DNA of 64,000 bases from Setoptus koraiensis (Eukaryota; Animalia; Arthropoda), in NCBI GenBank assembly GCA_048013815.1, contig CM106585.1, positions 9,362,001 through 9,426,000 on the forward strand. The letters are read 5' to 3'. The position numbers and the translations under genes are program-made. The notes below the pieces were generated by a model. It saw only the letters and a list, made by a program, of their open reading frames with translations, did not search any database and was not told where the DNA came from. Positions 46,827-59,100 of the stretch are shown piece after piece (within the stretch, counting starts at the first letter, position 1; each line of letters begins with the position of its first letter).

Positions 46827-47741
46827 ATGTCATCTCCAAAAGAAAGCACTGACACCGCTGGTGACAAAGCTCACGAAGCTTGTGGATGGCGTAAGTTTAC
46901 CAATGATCACATTTCCAGTGATGATAGCGACGACGGAGGCATAAAAGTTGTGGCGCGTAAATACTCCGAAGATACCCCAAACGAGACTCAAAAAAATGAC
47001 AATATGACTGTTGATGGAAGCAAATCACAGGGTGTTGTCGTTGTTAGCCTATCTGACAATAAAACATCCGCCGAAGTGATCCGAGGCATCATAGACAACA
47101 ATACGTCAGATAAATCAGCCAAAGTAAGAGATAATGATAGTAATAATCTCACATTAGATAACAAGTATTTTGAAGCAAACGTCCAATTGCTAGATTATAC
47201 CCCTCAAATGCGATTCGAAGATTGTCATGCTGTCGTAATATATGTTGACGGTAAACAAATTAATTTCGACCAGCTGAATGAAGCCAAACTCAACGTAGCT
47301 CAAGTTCGAGGAGAACCAAGAATATTAGCATGTGAAGACTCACTAGAAGATTCTCAGAAATACACGTCGATTCTGGATTGGTGCGTAGACAATGAATACG
47401 AATTCATACAAAACGTATTCAAGTTTCATTTGGAGGACGAGCAAGAGGGCGGTTATAAAAGATTTTTGGACGCATTGAGCGCCTATCGATGGCCCCATAG
47501 CAAGATGAAACAAAAGAAGGATAATGTTTCAACTTGTTCCAATAAGGGACTCAGCTCTGATATAATGAAGAAAATTGAAGACTTTGACGATTTACTCAGC
47601 AAACTTAATCGCTATCGAGGTGCAACAACCGACCAACAAAGCCATAGCAGGAACGATGATGAACTCTTGGAGATCGCACAAAAACTTTCAAGTATTCTTG
47701 GAGACGACTATGGAGACTTGCTACAAGATGCTTCCATATAG
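46827..47741 (+). CDS. AAGAB: Alpha- and gamma-adaptin-binding protein p34 (AAGAB/Irc6 family), intronless
   Basis: LDNKYFEANVQL, HAVVIYVD, RILAC, DWCVDNEYEFI, GYKRFLDALSAYRWP, IEDFDDLLSKL match the p34 adaptin-binding and C-terminal motifs as I recall them. Start may be ATG 46827 or 47004. Confidence 0.82.
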   Translation: MSSPKESTDTAGDKAHEACGWRKFTNDHISSDDSDDGGIKVVARKYSEDTPNETQKNDNMTVDGSKSQGVVVVSLSDNKTSAEVIRGIIDNNTSDKSAKVRDNDSNNLTLDNKYFEANVQLLDYTPQMRFEDCHAVVIYVDGKQINFDQLNEAKLNVAQVRGEPRILACEDSLEDSQKYTSILDWCVDNEYEFIQNVFKFHLEDEQEGGYKRFLDALSAYRWPHSKMKQKKDNVSTCSNKGLSSDIMKKIEDFDDLLSKLNRYRGATTDQQSHSRNDDELLEIAQKLSSILGDDYGDLLQDASI

Positions 47742-48282
47742 TTATCATATTATTGTATCTAGACTTGGCATTATTTTTGTTTGTACCGAAATTGTCCATA
47801 AACTTTTGAACGTCTATTCGGCCCCATCGAGCAGATGGCGCCATATATTCAATTGCCTCAATATTTACGCATGCTCGCTATGTTTTTGCCTAGACGCTAA
47901 CGCACATGTGCCGACATTGGTCACTGCTGTGCCAAAGTGCTGTTCTTGGGCCCCATCGCCATTTGCTCTAAGTTACTCTCACCTCCTAAAGTTCTTCAGT
48001 TTAGGTGATATCTTTGTAGAGGGAGTCGTTTGTTAAGAGAGGAGTGTACCAAGCAACACGTCTAGAAGTTTGAAGATGTTTACAGTAATCAGTTGGTTGA
48101 TGATAACTTTGATTGGCCAGCGAAGTTGAATGACAACAACAGCATATGAGATGTTTGTTTGTTGATTGAAACTTTTATTGATGTCATTTGAGGCACCAAA
48201 CCAACACCGCAGCGCGATCATTCGTCAATTGAGCACCAAAAAAGCGTCCAACGGTGTTGTGACAGAAAAGACAACGACCACC

Positions 48283-48601
48283 ATGACGTCAAACGGTCAT
48301 CGGCCTATCCAGCCGACGGTTAGGCCAGACACCAACGCAAAAATGCCGTTTTTCGGCTGTGAACAATTCCAACAACGACAGCAACACCAGCAACAACAAC
48401 TGCTACAACAAGCGCCAACAAGACACCGTTGCGACAGTCAATGCAGACAAAAGAGAAAATCTCTGCATCGCATTAGATGCAACGATCTGTTGTCACGAAA
48501 GAAGCTCAAAAGCACCTCTATTAGCCTATTTATTATTACGGTAGTTTTTTCTATTCACATTAGACATGTGATAAACACTAATGCCCCCACGATCAGCTTG
48601 G
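48283..48601 (+). CDS. Putative first coding exon of an unidentified gene
   Basis: Open frame MTSNGH...Q-rich...SISLFIITVVFSIHIRHVINTNAPTISL ending at a consensus phase-1 donor G|GTAAGT (48602); no homology recognised. Confidence 0.35.
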
Positions 48602-49367
48602 GTAAGTACCGGGCCCTATTGATTGACTTGTATTGACTGCGTATGCGTGCACAATTTGACTTGAGTTTGGGTTAAAAATGACCAATGGACTAGTTTACTA
48701 ATTTACAGCGAACAGAGATTGCATCATCGGCTGAGAAAAGAAAAAGATCAACAGCGAGAATTCATTGTTAACAATGAATACAACACAAACAGACTGGATC
48801 AAAAAGGATATAATAATCTGGGAACTCGATGTCACAATCAATTGAGTCTCCTCAGCACAATGAAAACAAGCGAGACCACACAGTGACTGGCTTCCAAACA
48901 TTGTGTCATTCTTTAGTTCTTCCGTAGACGCTTTGTGGTCAAGGTTCGATCCATCAGCATGATCTACATGAAATATACAGTGACTTGTGAGGCCAAGCTC
49001 CAATTTATGTGTTCACCAGTGCTGTCGAAATAGCCTGGCTAACTTGCAACTGTCTAAGGGAAACCTTGCAGTCTTGCTTTCGCGAGGTTCACTGATTAGG
49101 TTTGGCTTTTAAAGTGAAATTAGATTGACCCTGAGTTAATTGATAGCTGGAGCTGCTCAACGAGGCCCGCGTTAACAAACTGCCACGTGAATTGGGCCTC
49201 GTTTCGATGTGTGGGCTGAGATAACACGATCAGAAGATCGGATAGAATTGAAGTGAGTCAAGAAGTAAGGCTGTCGACGCGAGGGTGTAAAAATAGATCC
49301 GATTCGCGAAACAACTAATTGAATGTGCCCTTTTCAAGACCCCTCTCGTTACTTATTTCTTTTTCAG

Positions 49368-49419
49368 CGCACCACTCTGGCGCCATTACACACAAGTCGT
49401 TGACGCGAAACAAGACCAG
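49368..49419 (+). other. Putative 52-nt internal exon (coding or 5' UTR)
   Basis: Strong acceptor TTATTTCTTTTTCAG and donor CAG|GTGAGA; open in the phase-1 frame (AHHSGAITHKSLTRNKT). Confidence 0.4.
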
Positions 49420-50248
49420 GTGAGACTGGGCGAGAAGGCTTGAGGCCAGTTAGGGTATTCAGTAAAGTTTGTTAGCTGGATTGGGCTATTGGATATTGCT
49501 GACATACGATACTCTGCTTTGTTGGATAGGTATCAAAAAGATAATCATTTGGCGCCTAAAATTGTCACAATGACGCGGGTGATATTTGTCGGTTCTCTGT
49601 GTCCGGATCCAAGCTTGAATTGAAACCATCCACCTCATACTGCCATATAACACCATCTAGTAACAGTAGCAGAAGTTGTTGCTGTCGTTGAGCCGCCTTT
49701 TCGAAATAGAGCATCGGGTATTTTGACTTTTTGCCGCAGCTTACTTGAAAGTCTATGGAGCAGCCTGTATGGCAGTTGGTGATTATTTTTCTCTTGTGCC
49801 ATTTAGGCGAAGCGTATATATTGGGCAATGGCCTTTATTTCTTCGACCTCGTCGAGAAATTATTCGTGAATGGGCGATTCAAGCAGCAGAGCGAGTTCTT
49901 TTCACTGATAGAATCGCAACTCGATCGGGGCACAAAGAGAGGGAGAGAGAGCGCTGACTCGCAATTGCCTTGATACATACAAACGACGACTAGACCCATG
50001 GATTATGCTGCTGGCCTCTGTGGAGGCGACCCAAGCAGCGGCTTGACTTTCATCCATACCACACAAGATAAGATCTGATCTGATATGGTCTCCTATCTAC
50101 TGATCGATTCTCAATCCATCTTTAATTTTCGACCATAATGTAGGCATCATCAGTAGATACAGTCGGGCTGTCGGTTGTCTGGTTGGCACTGTTGTTGGTA
50201 TTGCTGTTTTTGTTGTTGGTGTGTGTATCAATTGCTGGGCATATTTTC

Positions 50249-50250
<2 letters not shown>

Positions 50251-50285
<35 letters not shown>
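50251..50285. repeat. (GA)n microsatellite
   Basis: About 17 GA units. Confidence 0.95.
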
Positions 50286-50289
<4 letters not shown>

Positions 50290-50610
50290 CACGCACAAAC
50301 AACAAAAATCAAATTGGAAAACAATACAAATGATGATGGCAGCTGAAAGTTCCTCATGCAACGCTAATGTCCGATTTTCTCTGGCTTGACGAATTCAAAC
50401 ATGTGCGAAAAAGTGATGATGCCGACATGTTCTTTGCGCGTTCTTCGTACCGTTCCTCAAACTGCCAACATCGCCGCCGGCACCGAAGAAGATGGGGCGC
50501 CAGCGAAATACTCACAATGAAGGCGCTTTACAAATAAATAATTCAATAGTCTTTATGTTTGTGTTTGCGTCGTGTGCAACACTTACCTATCAACTACAGG
50601 GTGTCGATAG

Positions 50611-50685
50611 GTAAGTGCGCGGGTGCGTACATGGGCGCATCTTTTCTGGCAGTTGTAACCCCACTAACGGTGTTTCCTCTTTTAG
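50611..50685 (+). other. Putative 75-nt intron
   Basis: AG|GTAAGT donor and TTTCCTCTTTTAG acceptor. The downstream exon contains ATG 50733 (MPERVIEENRYKHVSNGCYCK...) and a GTGAGT donor at 50843. Confidence 0.4.
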
Positions 50686-53600
50686 CCAACTATATCAGCC
50701 GGCTGTGTGATAGCTGAAAACCAAACATACACATGCCTGAGCGAGTGATAGAGGAAAACAGGTATAAACACGTATCGAACGGATGTTATTGCAAAGATAA
50801 TGATGCGAACAACAAGAGCAATTCGCGAAAAGAATACAAATTGTGAGTCTTTGTACTGGTTAGTTGGGCACGTTGCGATATGTTTGATGAGGATGGTGAA
50901 AACCAGCATGCGAATCAATGCCGAAGAAACTGGACTGGGCCCAACAATGGAGGAATGGTGCCTCTTTGAAAAATTGGCGACGTTGATGTGATTGAGCCAG
51001 GCTATATGTGATTCAACGGTGCAATGAGCTGCAATGGCTAAAAAGATTGTCACCCTTGAGCGAGTCACCATTCTCTCTAGTTGTTGTGTGGCTTGGGAAA
51101 TTTGTCTTTCCTGCTCGTCTCTCGGTCTGTCTGCACGGCTGGCTTGCTGGCAAATATTTGGTCAGTGGCCAAAGTTGGTGGGCCTCAAACAAAAAGCGAG
51201 CAACCGAGTTTACTGGCAGCATCTTGTGAACGATGCTCGACAATAGTCGCTGCTGGTCACTGGTGAGTCGCGTTGGGGCATGACCCGAACAGCCGGATGG
51301 ACACCACAGATTGCGGCAATGCTGGTCATGGTGAATCATGTGTGAGATCGAAAGAGGGCAATTTGCACACCGTCACGATTAGCGTTAGTGGGCGAGATGT
51401 TGGTCTTGGTGTGCACTGCTGACTTGTGGGCGAATCGTATTCATGGCCAGACTAATTCGCGGTTCACGCAATGATTGGCTCGTGATTCATTCGAGTCGCA
51501 AAACCTGTCAAAGAATGCCCGAGGCTCCTCGTCGCAGCGCAGACGGTCCATGACGTGATCCATGCAATATCATATAGCTCGCAGAGGCGCCCTGACAGAG
51601 GGATCAAGATCATAATCGCCACTAGCAAAAGCATCACCATCACCGTTATAATCATAATCATAATCATTTCGCAATCTCACTTACACACACGCAACTATGG
51701 GGATGAACAATGATTCAATAAAAAAAACTCAAAATAGAAATGGGTTATATCTTCATCATTCAATCTGGCATTAGCGGGTCGCAGTTCTCTCGTGCGAGCG
51801 AAACTGAATTGAAGCCCCACTTGAAGCTACTCTCTTCGCGCGCCATTATAACGATACGTGGCCTACGTGTCTGGCTTGATAGAGCACAATAAGAGCAACC
51901 AGAGAAAGCGAAAGAGATTGTTGTTATTTATAAGAGGATTTGCGTCCAATTCACAGCGAGTGAAAAGCCGGCCAGCCAGCCAGCACCAGAAACATCAGTA
52001 ACAACAAGGGCAACAAAAACAGCGCGCAGCCAGCGACAACAAAACGACAAAGCATTACACAAAATGAGAGCAGGCACACAGACAATTTTTCATCCTTCCA
52101 GCTAACACTCAAACCTCTCAACATATCAAAGAATTTCCTCTACTTCGCCCCCATTATGTTTCATCTCATGTTAACGTGACGGTGACGCCATTGGCATCAG
52201 CCAGTCAGCCGCGGCTAACTGCCTGCTGGCTGCCAAGACGCTGGGGCCAGCCGCTTGCCAGAGGTCGCTGGCATTGTCTCGATGGCAAGATAGATGTAAG
52301 AAGGTTGCCAAACAATTGCCACCACGAGCGCCCCCTCTATGATATATATATATATAGATATGGCTGTACTTGCCAGGCTGGCTGTACGGTCGAGATAGTA
52401 CTGCACACAGCGGGCAAACAGTTCTAATGATCTCCATTTCGTGAGTCAAGCTTCAAAAATTCACTTCCGCGGCGCCCAACAGGCCATCTGGACATTTCGC
52501 GCTCTTAGTGTTCATGGTGGCGGCGGTGGGCCCAATTGACACGACTACGACACAACAACAACAGTGACAACGGCGGCGACGACGACCGTCTGCCAGACGG
52601 TATGTCAAACTGGGTGAGAGATAACACACATAGGGTGAGTGTGAGGGCGACACACAAGAATTTATCTCATCGCGGCATCATCATCATCATCCTTCAACAG
52701 CCGCCCAGTTGAGGAGCGCGAACAGATTGAGCTGGAGAGCGAGAGGGCGAGAGAAAGAAGGGAAGCAGAGAATTAGAGCCAATAAAAAGGGAGGCGAACT
52801 CAAGTAGGAGGGCAAAAATTGAGTTTCATGACATGAGTGGGGCCAGGCTCAATTCCGCTGCTTGTGATGGCTCTGGTGCGCCAGTGGTAGTGGCGCTGTT
52901 GCAAACCGATCAAATCTCGCTGGCGCGCACACACACACACACATCATTGGGACCAGGATAATAAGCTACTGACAGACAGTCTCTAAGACCCTGTTGTTTA
53001 AGTTGCTCGCTTGCTGGCGAGGTCTGTCGTTGTTGTTGGTGGCACCCGGATGGCGGCCTCCTTGATGAAGCCGCCATTGGGTGTCGTTGGCCGACGTTCT
53101 GGCGCGAGTTATCCCGAATACGCAAGCAACTCGATTTCTTTTCTCTCTGGCGCTCGCTGGTTCGCTCTGCGTACCTCATGATTACAATCTGGCGCTACTC
53201 GCTACTGCTGACTACATACAGAAATGCCAACAACTACCACGGATATCCATCATCATCCTCGGTTTATATTGAATCACGTTAAACAGTTGCTATATATACG
53301 ACACGACACGACAGCGACGACGATGACGACGACAACTAGTGGCTTCAGTAAACAGACCTTTTTGTTGTTGGCTCGCGCCCACTCTCCCCCTGTGCCCTAT
53401 TGTGTCCGTCACTGGCACCTAGCGCCACGTACCAGTCGCGCGAGCTGGTCAGCTCCAGCTTACCAATCAAGCGGCAGGCATGGCTTGACAATAACAAGAG
53501 TGGCCAAACAATTGACGCTGGCAATATCGCACACAAACACACACATACACGATTGCTGCTTTTGGCAGCCGAGCCAATGGGGTCCGCTCTCGCTCATGCA

Positions 53601-55931
53601 AGCCATCGAGAGTCGGCTTCATAAGAATAGTGAAAGTGTTTTTGCTCCAAATAGGCAATAGGCGACGGTCACTATCAACACACACACAACACAATTGTCC
53701 GACACATTGTCTGACATGTCGTTGCGTGTCGTTTCCATTTCTGTCTACTCGTCTGTCCAAACTATCACATGGCACAGATTGAGAACTGACAATTAAGAGC
53801 ATATAGAGGGCCCTCTGTGCGATTGTTTGTCGTCGTTTGTTGTTGCCACCATCGGGGGGCCAACCAAATCAAGCCCAACGGAGCCGAGAATAGCGAAGGA
53901 GCCAGCCGAACTGAACAGAACTGAACTGAACTGAACTGAACCGAATAACCGAAGCGACATTCCGATGAAGGGCGCACCAGGATCCGCTGCAATCGCGACT
54001 GCCAGTATCACACTCCGGTTACGCACTTAAGCATATTACATGCCATCTGCATTAGATGGGTTGCTCATCGGTGGTTGTTGCCGCTGTTGTTGCCATTATC
54101 TATTTATTCATTCACACAAATTGAACTCGCTTTCTTTCTTTCACTGACAAACACACCTCTAATATGGCACTGCTTTAAGTATATTGTTGTGTAACAACTA
54201 CCACTTGTCTCTTTGCGGGACCCTCACATGTCTGAGCGTTCAGCTGTGTTTCGCGGCCCCCCATTGTGCCGATGCCCCAGCCAAACATCATGGCGGCATG
54301 GCGAGCTTAATTTTGTTGATTAGATTACAGTAACTGTAACAACAATAACAACAGTTATAATGACATAACTTGCTTGTCTTGCTAGCTCGTTGTTGGTTAA
54401 CGGTTAGTCGTTTCGATCGCGCAAAAATTTAACTCTTTCGAAATGCGCGCTAAAACTATTGCTTAGTTCGCTAGTTGCGCATACATCGCATTTTTTGATC
54501 GCATTCTGAGCATAAAAAGTTCGCTAACCGCCACAAGCTCACAACTTGTGACTCCGGCCGCCGCGTGTTACCGCACACCAACAAGCCCGTCGCGGTGCTC
54601 TGATGAACTTGTTGAGCACCCCGATCGCAAAACACGAGAACAGAGACAGTGCAACTAATTAGTGATTGATATCTTTTAAATTGTATTTAAATGATAGATA
54701 TCAATTAATTAGCATAAAATAAATAAAAGGACAATTTAAGAAAGAAGCAACAAGAATCGATAACTGTACGAAACTATAGACAAGGGACAAATTTGGAGCA
54801 AAAGTGGCACCCGTAGAATGCAGGATATCTGTCCAGTTATCGCGGCTCGAGAGCATAGGCCAAGCGTCACTATTAGATTATCGCTATTATTAAATCTCGG
54901 TCAGTGGTGACACGTAACGCTGACAGAGCTGGCCGTTTATAATTCTGAAAATTGGCAGCACATTAAGGACGGTGTTTGACGGTGACTTCAATAGGGCGCA
55001 AACAGATATTCGCTTTGCACAACGACAAGGAAAATGTCATTAAATTGCCAGCCAATATCCAAATGTATACAAGAGACAAACTAGACACACGCAATCAGTA
55101 ATGGACTGTATAAACAGATGACTGTGACTAGAAAGATTGTAACAGATTGTACATTGCCCGTTGTGTTGTTACACGCGCCTCGAATCGGCTCGATTTCCAC
55201 ACATGTACGTATACGAACAGAGAATGGCCGAAGAAGAGCCTTATGGAATTTTGAATTCCACTGAATTGACTGGCCTGGTATGACCAGCCCGCTGCCCGTA
55301 CGTCTGATGTTGTGTTTACGTTGGACACAGCGCTAGATAAAACGTTGGTTATAGTATATTTAGTTCTTAATGAAAACCATAATCTGGTCATCTAGAGCCG
55401 TACGCACTGACCGACACTGGACGATGGCACCTTGCAGAATGGCGGCCAAGTCGATCGAGATACGAAGCTGCAAGAAATACGCGCACATACACACATCAAA
55501 TGATCTACCTGGTGATACTATTAGAAAGGGCTACACAAGCTGGATTATTATTATTACTATTATGATCATTATCGGAGAATGAGGACCATGGATCTGGCCA
55601 AGCCCGGCCCAGCCCCGTTTGCACACACGAAACACGCACAAACACATACACACACACGCTTCATAGGCAAACTGACACACAAATACAATGGCACAATGGC
55701 TCATACGTGGCCGAATGTCTCTTATCGTCGATACTATTGCTTTTGATTCTATTTCAATCAATGGAACCTGATGTAGACATCCACATTTCCACTTGTGCGC
55801 CACTTCTCACAATCGCCAACACGCACAAACACTCACATTGGTCTGTCGATGAGCAGGCTTACTTTGGTCGCACTACCAAGTTTCCATATACAACTACTAG
55901 TTATCTGTTTACAAGTGTTTATTATATGTAG

Positions 55932-56123
55932 ATATAGGCGTCATGAGGCGCGCGCGCGCGCCATCAACTCAACAAGGGAAGTCAACACAAAAATTTGGTC
56001 CACTTATGATTCTACTAGTGACCATAGTCGTCGTCGCAACCAATGGCCACCTTGCCGTTGCGTCTAACAACAAACTAGCTAGCGACGGCACAAACGATAG
56101 AGACCGCGAATGCCAATGCAAAT
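55932..56123 (+). CDS. Putative signal-peptide leader exon of a secreted or membrane protein
   Basis: TTTATTATATGTAG acceptor; frame MRRARAP...MILLVTIVVVATNGHLAVASNNKLASDGTNDRDRECQCK ending at phase-1 donor T|GTAAGT (56124). Confidence 0.4.
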
Positions 56124-59100
56124 GTAAGTGAGTTGTAGTTGATGTATGAGTGAGTTGGCCAACAGTAGCGGTGTTATAATAATGTACCCAATACATATGA
56201 ACCAAATTGATACCAAGATGTTTACAACTACAGTACGACTGCTTGAACTGCATTACTGGCCAGAACTAATATATTTACTGAGCAAAGAAGAAGCAGGAGG
56301 GATACACACTAGGTATATCTACGCTTGCGTCTCGTCAAGTGGCCCCTCAGTGAATTGATATGTTTGAGGAGGCTTTATCGATATATTCCATGAGGGGATA
56401 ACATCAACAGTGTAAATTTACTTAAATGGATAGCTTGGCCGTGTCTAGACAGACGTGGATCGCTCGAGCAAGCATGTAAATACTGAAATATACAAGTATT
56501 ACAACTGGCAGCGACACCCATGCTGATATATCTATTTATGTGTGCATGTGTGTATACGATGGCGATCCGTTTTATGAGCGCCTATGTGTAACAAGATTCA
56601 TATGCCTTATTACCTGGCATAGCGAGACGGACGGATAATGAGTTGCGAAAGAATTGGCCAAAAGTGACCATTATAGTCGGCATGACTGTTTGATTATTGT
56701 ATAAACATATATATGGATGGCAGCAAGCATCAAACGTAGCTTGTTGTACATGTCAGATGAGATATATACAGCGAAACCGGGCGCTAGGCAGGCAGACAAG
56801 CAGTTAGAACTGCAGCAGAAAGAACTTTGTCGTGCCTGATAGAGTAGAAAGTAATTACTGCACTGGATCCACTTGAGCTGGAGCTCGGGCTTGTTAAGCA
56901 GCTTATCTATTTGACCTCTTTACTGGTGCAGTTACCACGGGCAGCTTTTCGAGACTGAATCGAGAAAAAGATAGACATAGAGAAGCTTTAGAAGGGAGTA
57001 CGTGAGAGAGGGAGCGCGAGCCAGCGAGAGAGCAGGGACGAAAACCCTGGGTAGTTGTAGTTATGTAAATACCACCACCACCACTACAGCAAGATAGAGA
57101 CATCGCCACAGATTGCTACTATCACATGACTGATCGCTTACACAACAACCATATCAATACCATATACCAACGATATCACCAATACTTCTCGCAACTGCTG
57201 CCAACAATATTCTATGATTACAGTTTGCTCGCACATTCATAGGCTCGTCACATTTTATCAGACAAACTAGCACAGCTAAAAAGCAAACTACCACCACTGG
57301 CCCTGCCAAAGAGTGTCTGTTATCGCAAAGTCTGCCATTGCCGCTATCTATACTTTGGAACTTCTCTAACATACTGCTGTTGATGAGCTTATGATGGCAT
57401 AAGACACACACACACACACACATCAAACTGCCAGTTAGTAACTGGTCTCACATATTTAAATATATGCCATCATTATGGGTCTAGTTAGTGTAGCACAACC
57501 GACCAGATAGGCGACCAGCAACGAAAAAACTTTTCACGGTCTTCATTGATTGAGCAGCTTTATTGATCGAGGACTAAGGGATCTAACCATTGAGCTAACT
57601 CCAAATTTAGCCATCGACCCCTGTTCATCTCGTCTATCACTCTTTATTTCCAATGTACTCATAATAATCTCAATCAGTGCATATCGATAGCGCTTCTATT
57701 TATGACCCCTCATCACATCGCTGCTAAACAATAAAGAAGACCCACCAGCGTGATCATCAACTGCACCAATGACGATACTATCCTGTTTTACATGCACCCA
57801 CATTATGTGCAACGGTTGCATCGGCGGTTGGATATTTATATATTTATATAAATCCACATATCTCCCATAAATACATACACACATATATATTTATGTATAT
57901 GTAGCGAGCAAGAAAGAGAGATTTGTATAGGACTGTGACGAATGTAAATCATTAGCGGCGACAAATTTGATCGGAGAAGCCAGTAGTTGTTGTTTGCATC
58001 ATCATGTTGGGCACCATAGATATCATTAGCATTCCGAGCACGCTTATGCAAAGTATTAAAGTATATGAGAGATGGTAAGCGAGCGAGCGAGGACAGATGG
58101 TTCAGTTGAGAAGGATTCGGAGCCGAGCTACAGAGAAAAAAAGAAGAAGATGGCATTCATGATGATAGTGCGTGCATATTATACCAAAACACAGATCACG
58201 CCTGAGCACATAATCTTCCTTGCTGGCCCTTTCAACCTATGATCTATAAATCTAAGAATCGAGAACCAGAGAAAATCGCGAGCATCGGAATCAGAAATCA
58301 TTGGAATCAAAAAGCGATAGGAGTTAAAGAAGCTTGAGTCAACACATAGTCGAACGGGACTTAGAGGTGGCTCTTTGATGTTACGTAGCAAAACAAATTT
58401 TTGCAAACATACAGTCCTTGTTGACAGTCGAGTTGCGAATTTGCATGGGGCGAAAAATCCATCGCAATTCATACTTTCAAAGAGAAGCATCAGTTCTAAA
58501 GTATTACCACTACTTGTATAATGTATAAACTCACACTAAAAACTGCCTCAAAGCCTTGATAGCCAGCCACCTCGAGCGTCGTGTGTCGAAGACGCCCGTA
58601 ATGACCAATACTGGCTATTTAGTGAAGAAGCGCGCGACGACACCAAGAAGGAAAGCCCATGTAGCCCGTTGCTGCTGCTGCTGCTCTGTTTTGCTACATA
58701 TAATGAGCAATATAGAAACAAAAAAAGGATGAACAGAATTAGAGTGAACGAGCGAACCCTTCGCTCACAGCAGATCGTCGAACAGATCGACCATTCATCT
58801 AGATCAGTCAGACAAAAGCAATCTATCGCTTCTATCATTGTTCACCCGTCTATTCTGTTGTTGTGTTATCCCGTCTGTTATTCTCTCATCTGCTCTCATC
58901 TGGTCCTCTCTTGTTCACCAACTTAGTATAGTTTTGACACAACAAGAGTTTGCAACAACAGCAACAACAAGCCAACGGCAATAACAACAATAGCGGCAGC
59001 ATCAGTGTGCCTCTCTGATAAGCTTGAAATTGGCCCAACTTAAACCTTATTTGATCGATAATCGCTATGATTGATGCGATTGAGTTGCTCTAGCTCGCTA

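Noticed and set aside
48001-48175. Minus-strand frame with LICCCC, resembling a palmitoylated GPCR tail
   Set aside because: Under 60 codons, weak acceptor, no transmembrane exons found upstream, and the Cys run derives from a (TGT)n microsatellite.
51464-51667. Minus-strand ORF with a hydrophobic signal-like N-terminus (MIMIMIITVMVMLLL...)
   Set aside because: The hydrophobicity comes from an ATGATT/ATGGTG microsatellite; no donor site or recognisable domain.
54593-54620. Box C (TGATGA) inside a 7-bp terminal stem, snoRNA-like
   Set aside because: Only 13 nt are enclosed and there is no box D (CTGA).
56608-56640. U1 snRNA-like start (TTACCTGGCATAG); similar at about 26787
   Set aside because: Similarity ends after about 12 nt; no stem-loop I/II or Sm site follows.
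58540-58926. Frames open on both strands (about 128 codons on +, 96 on -)
   Set aside because: No recognisable homology, poly-Leu arises from a CTG repeat, and no clear splice boundaries.
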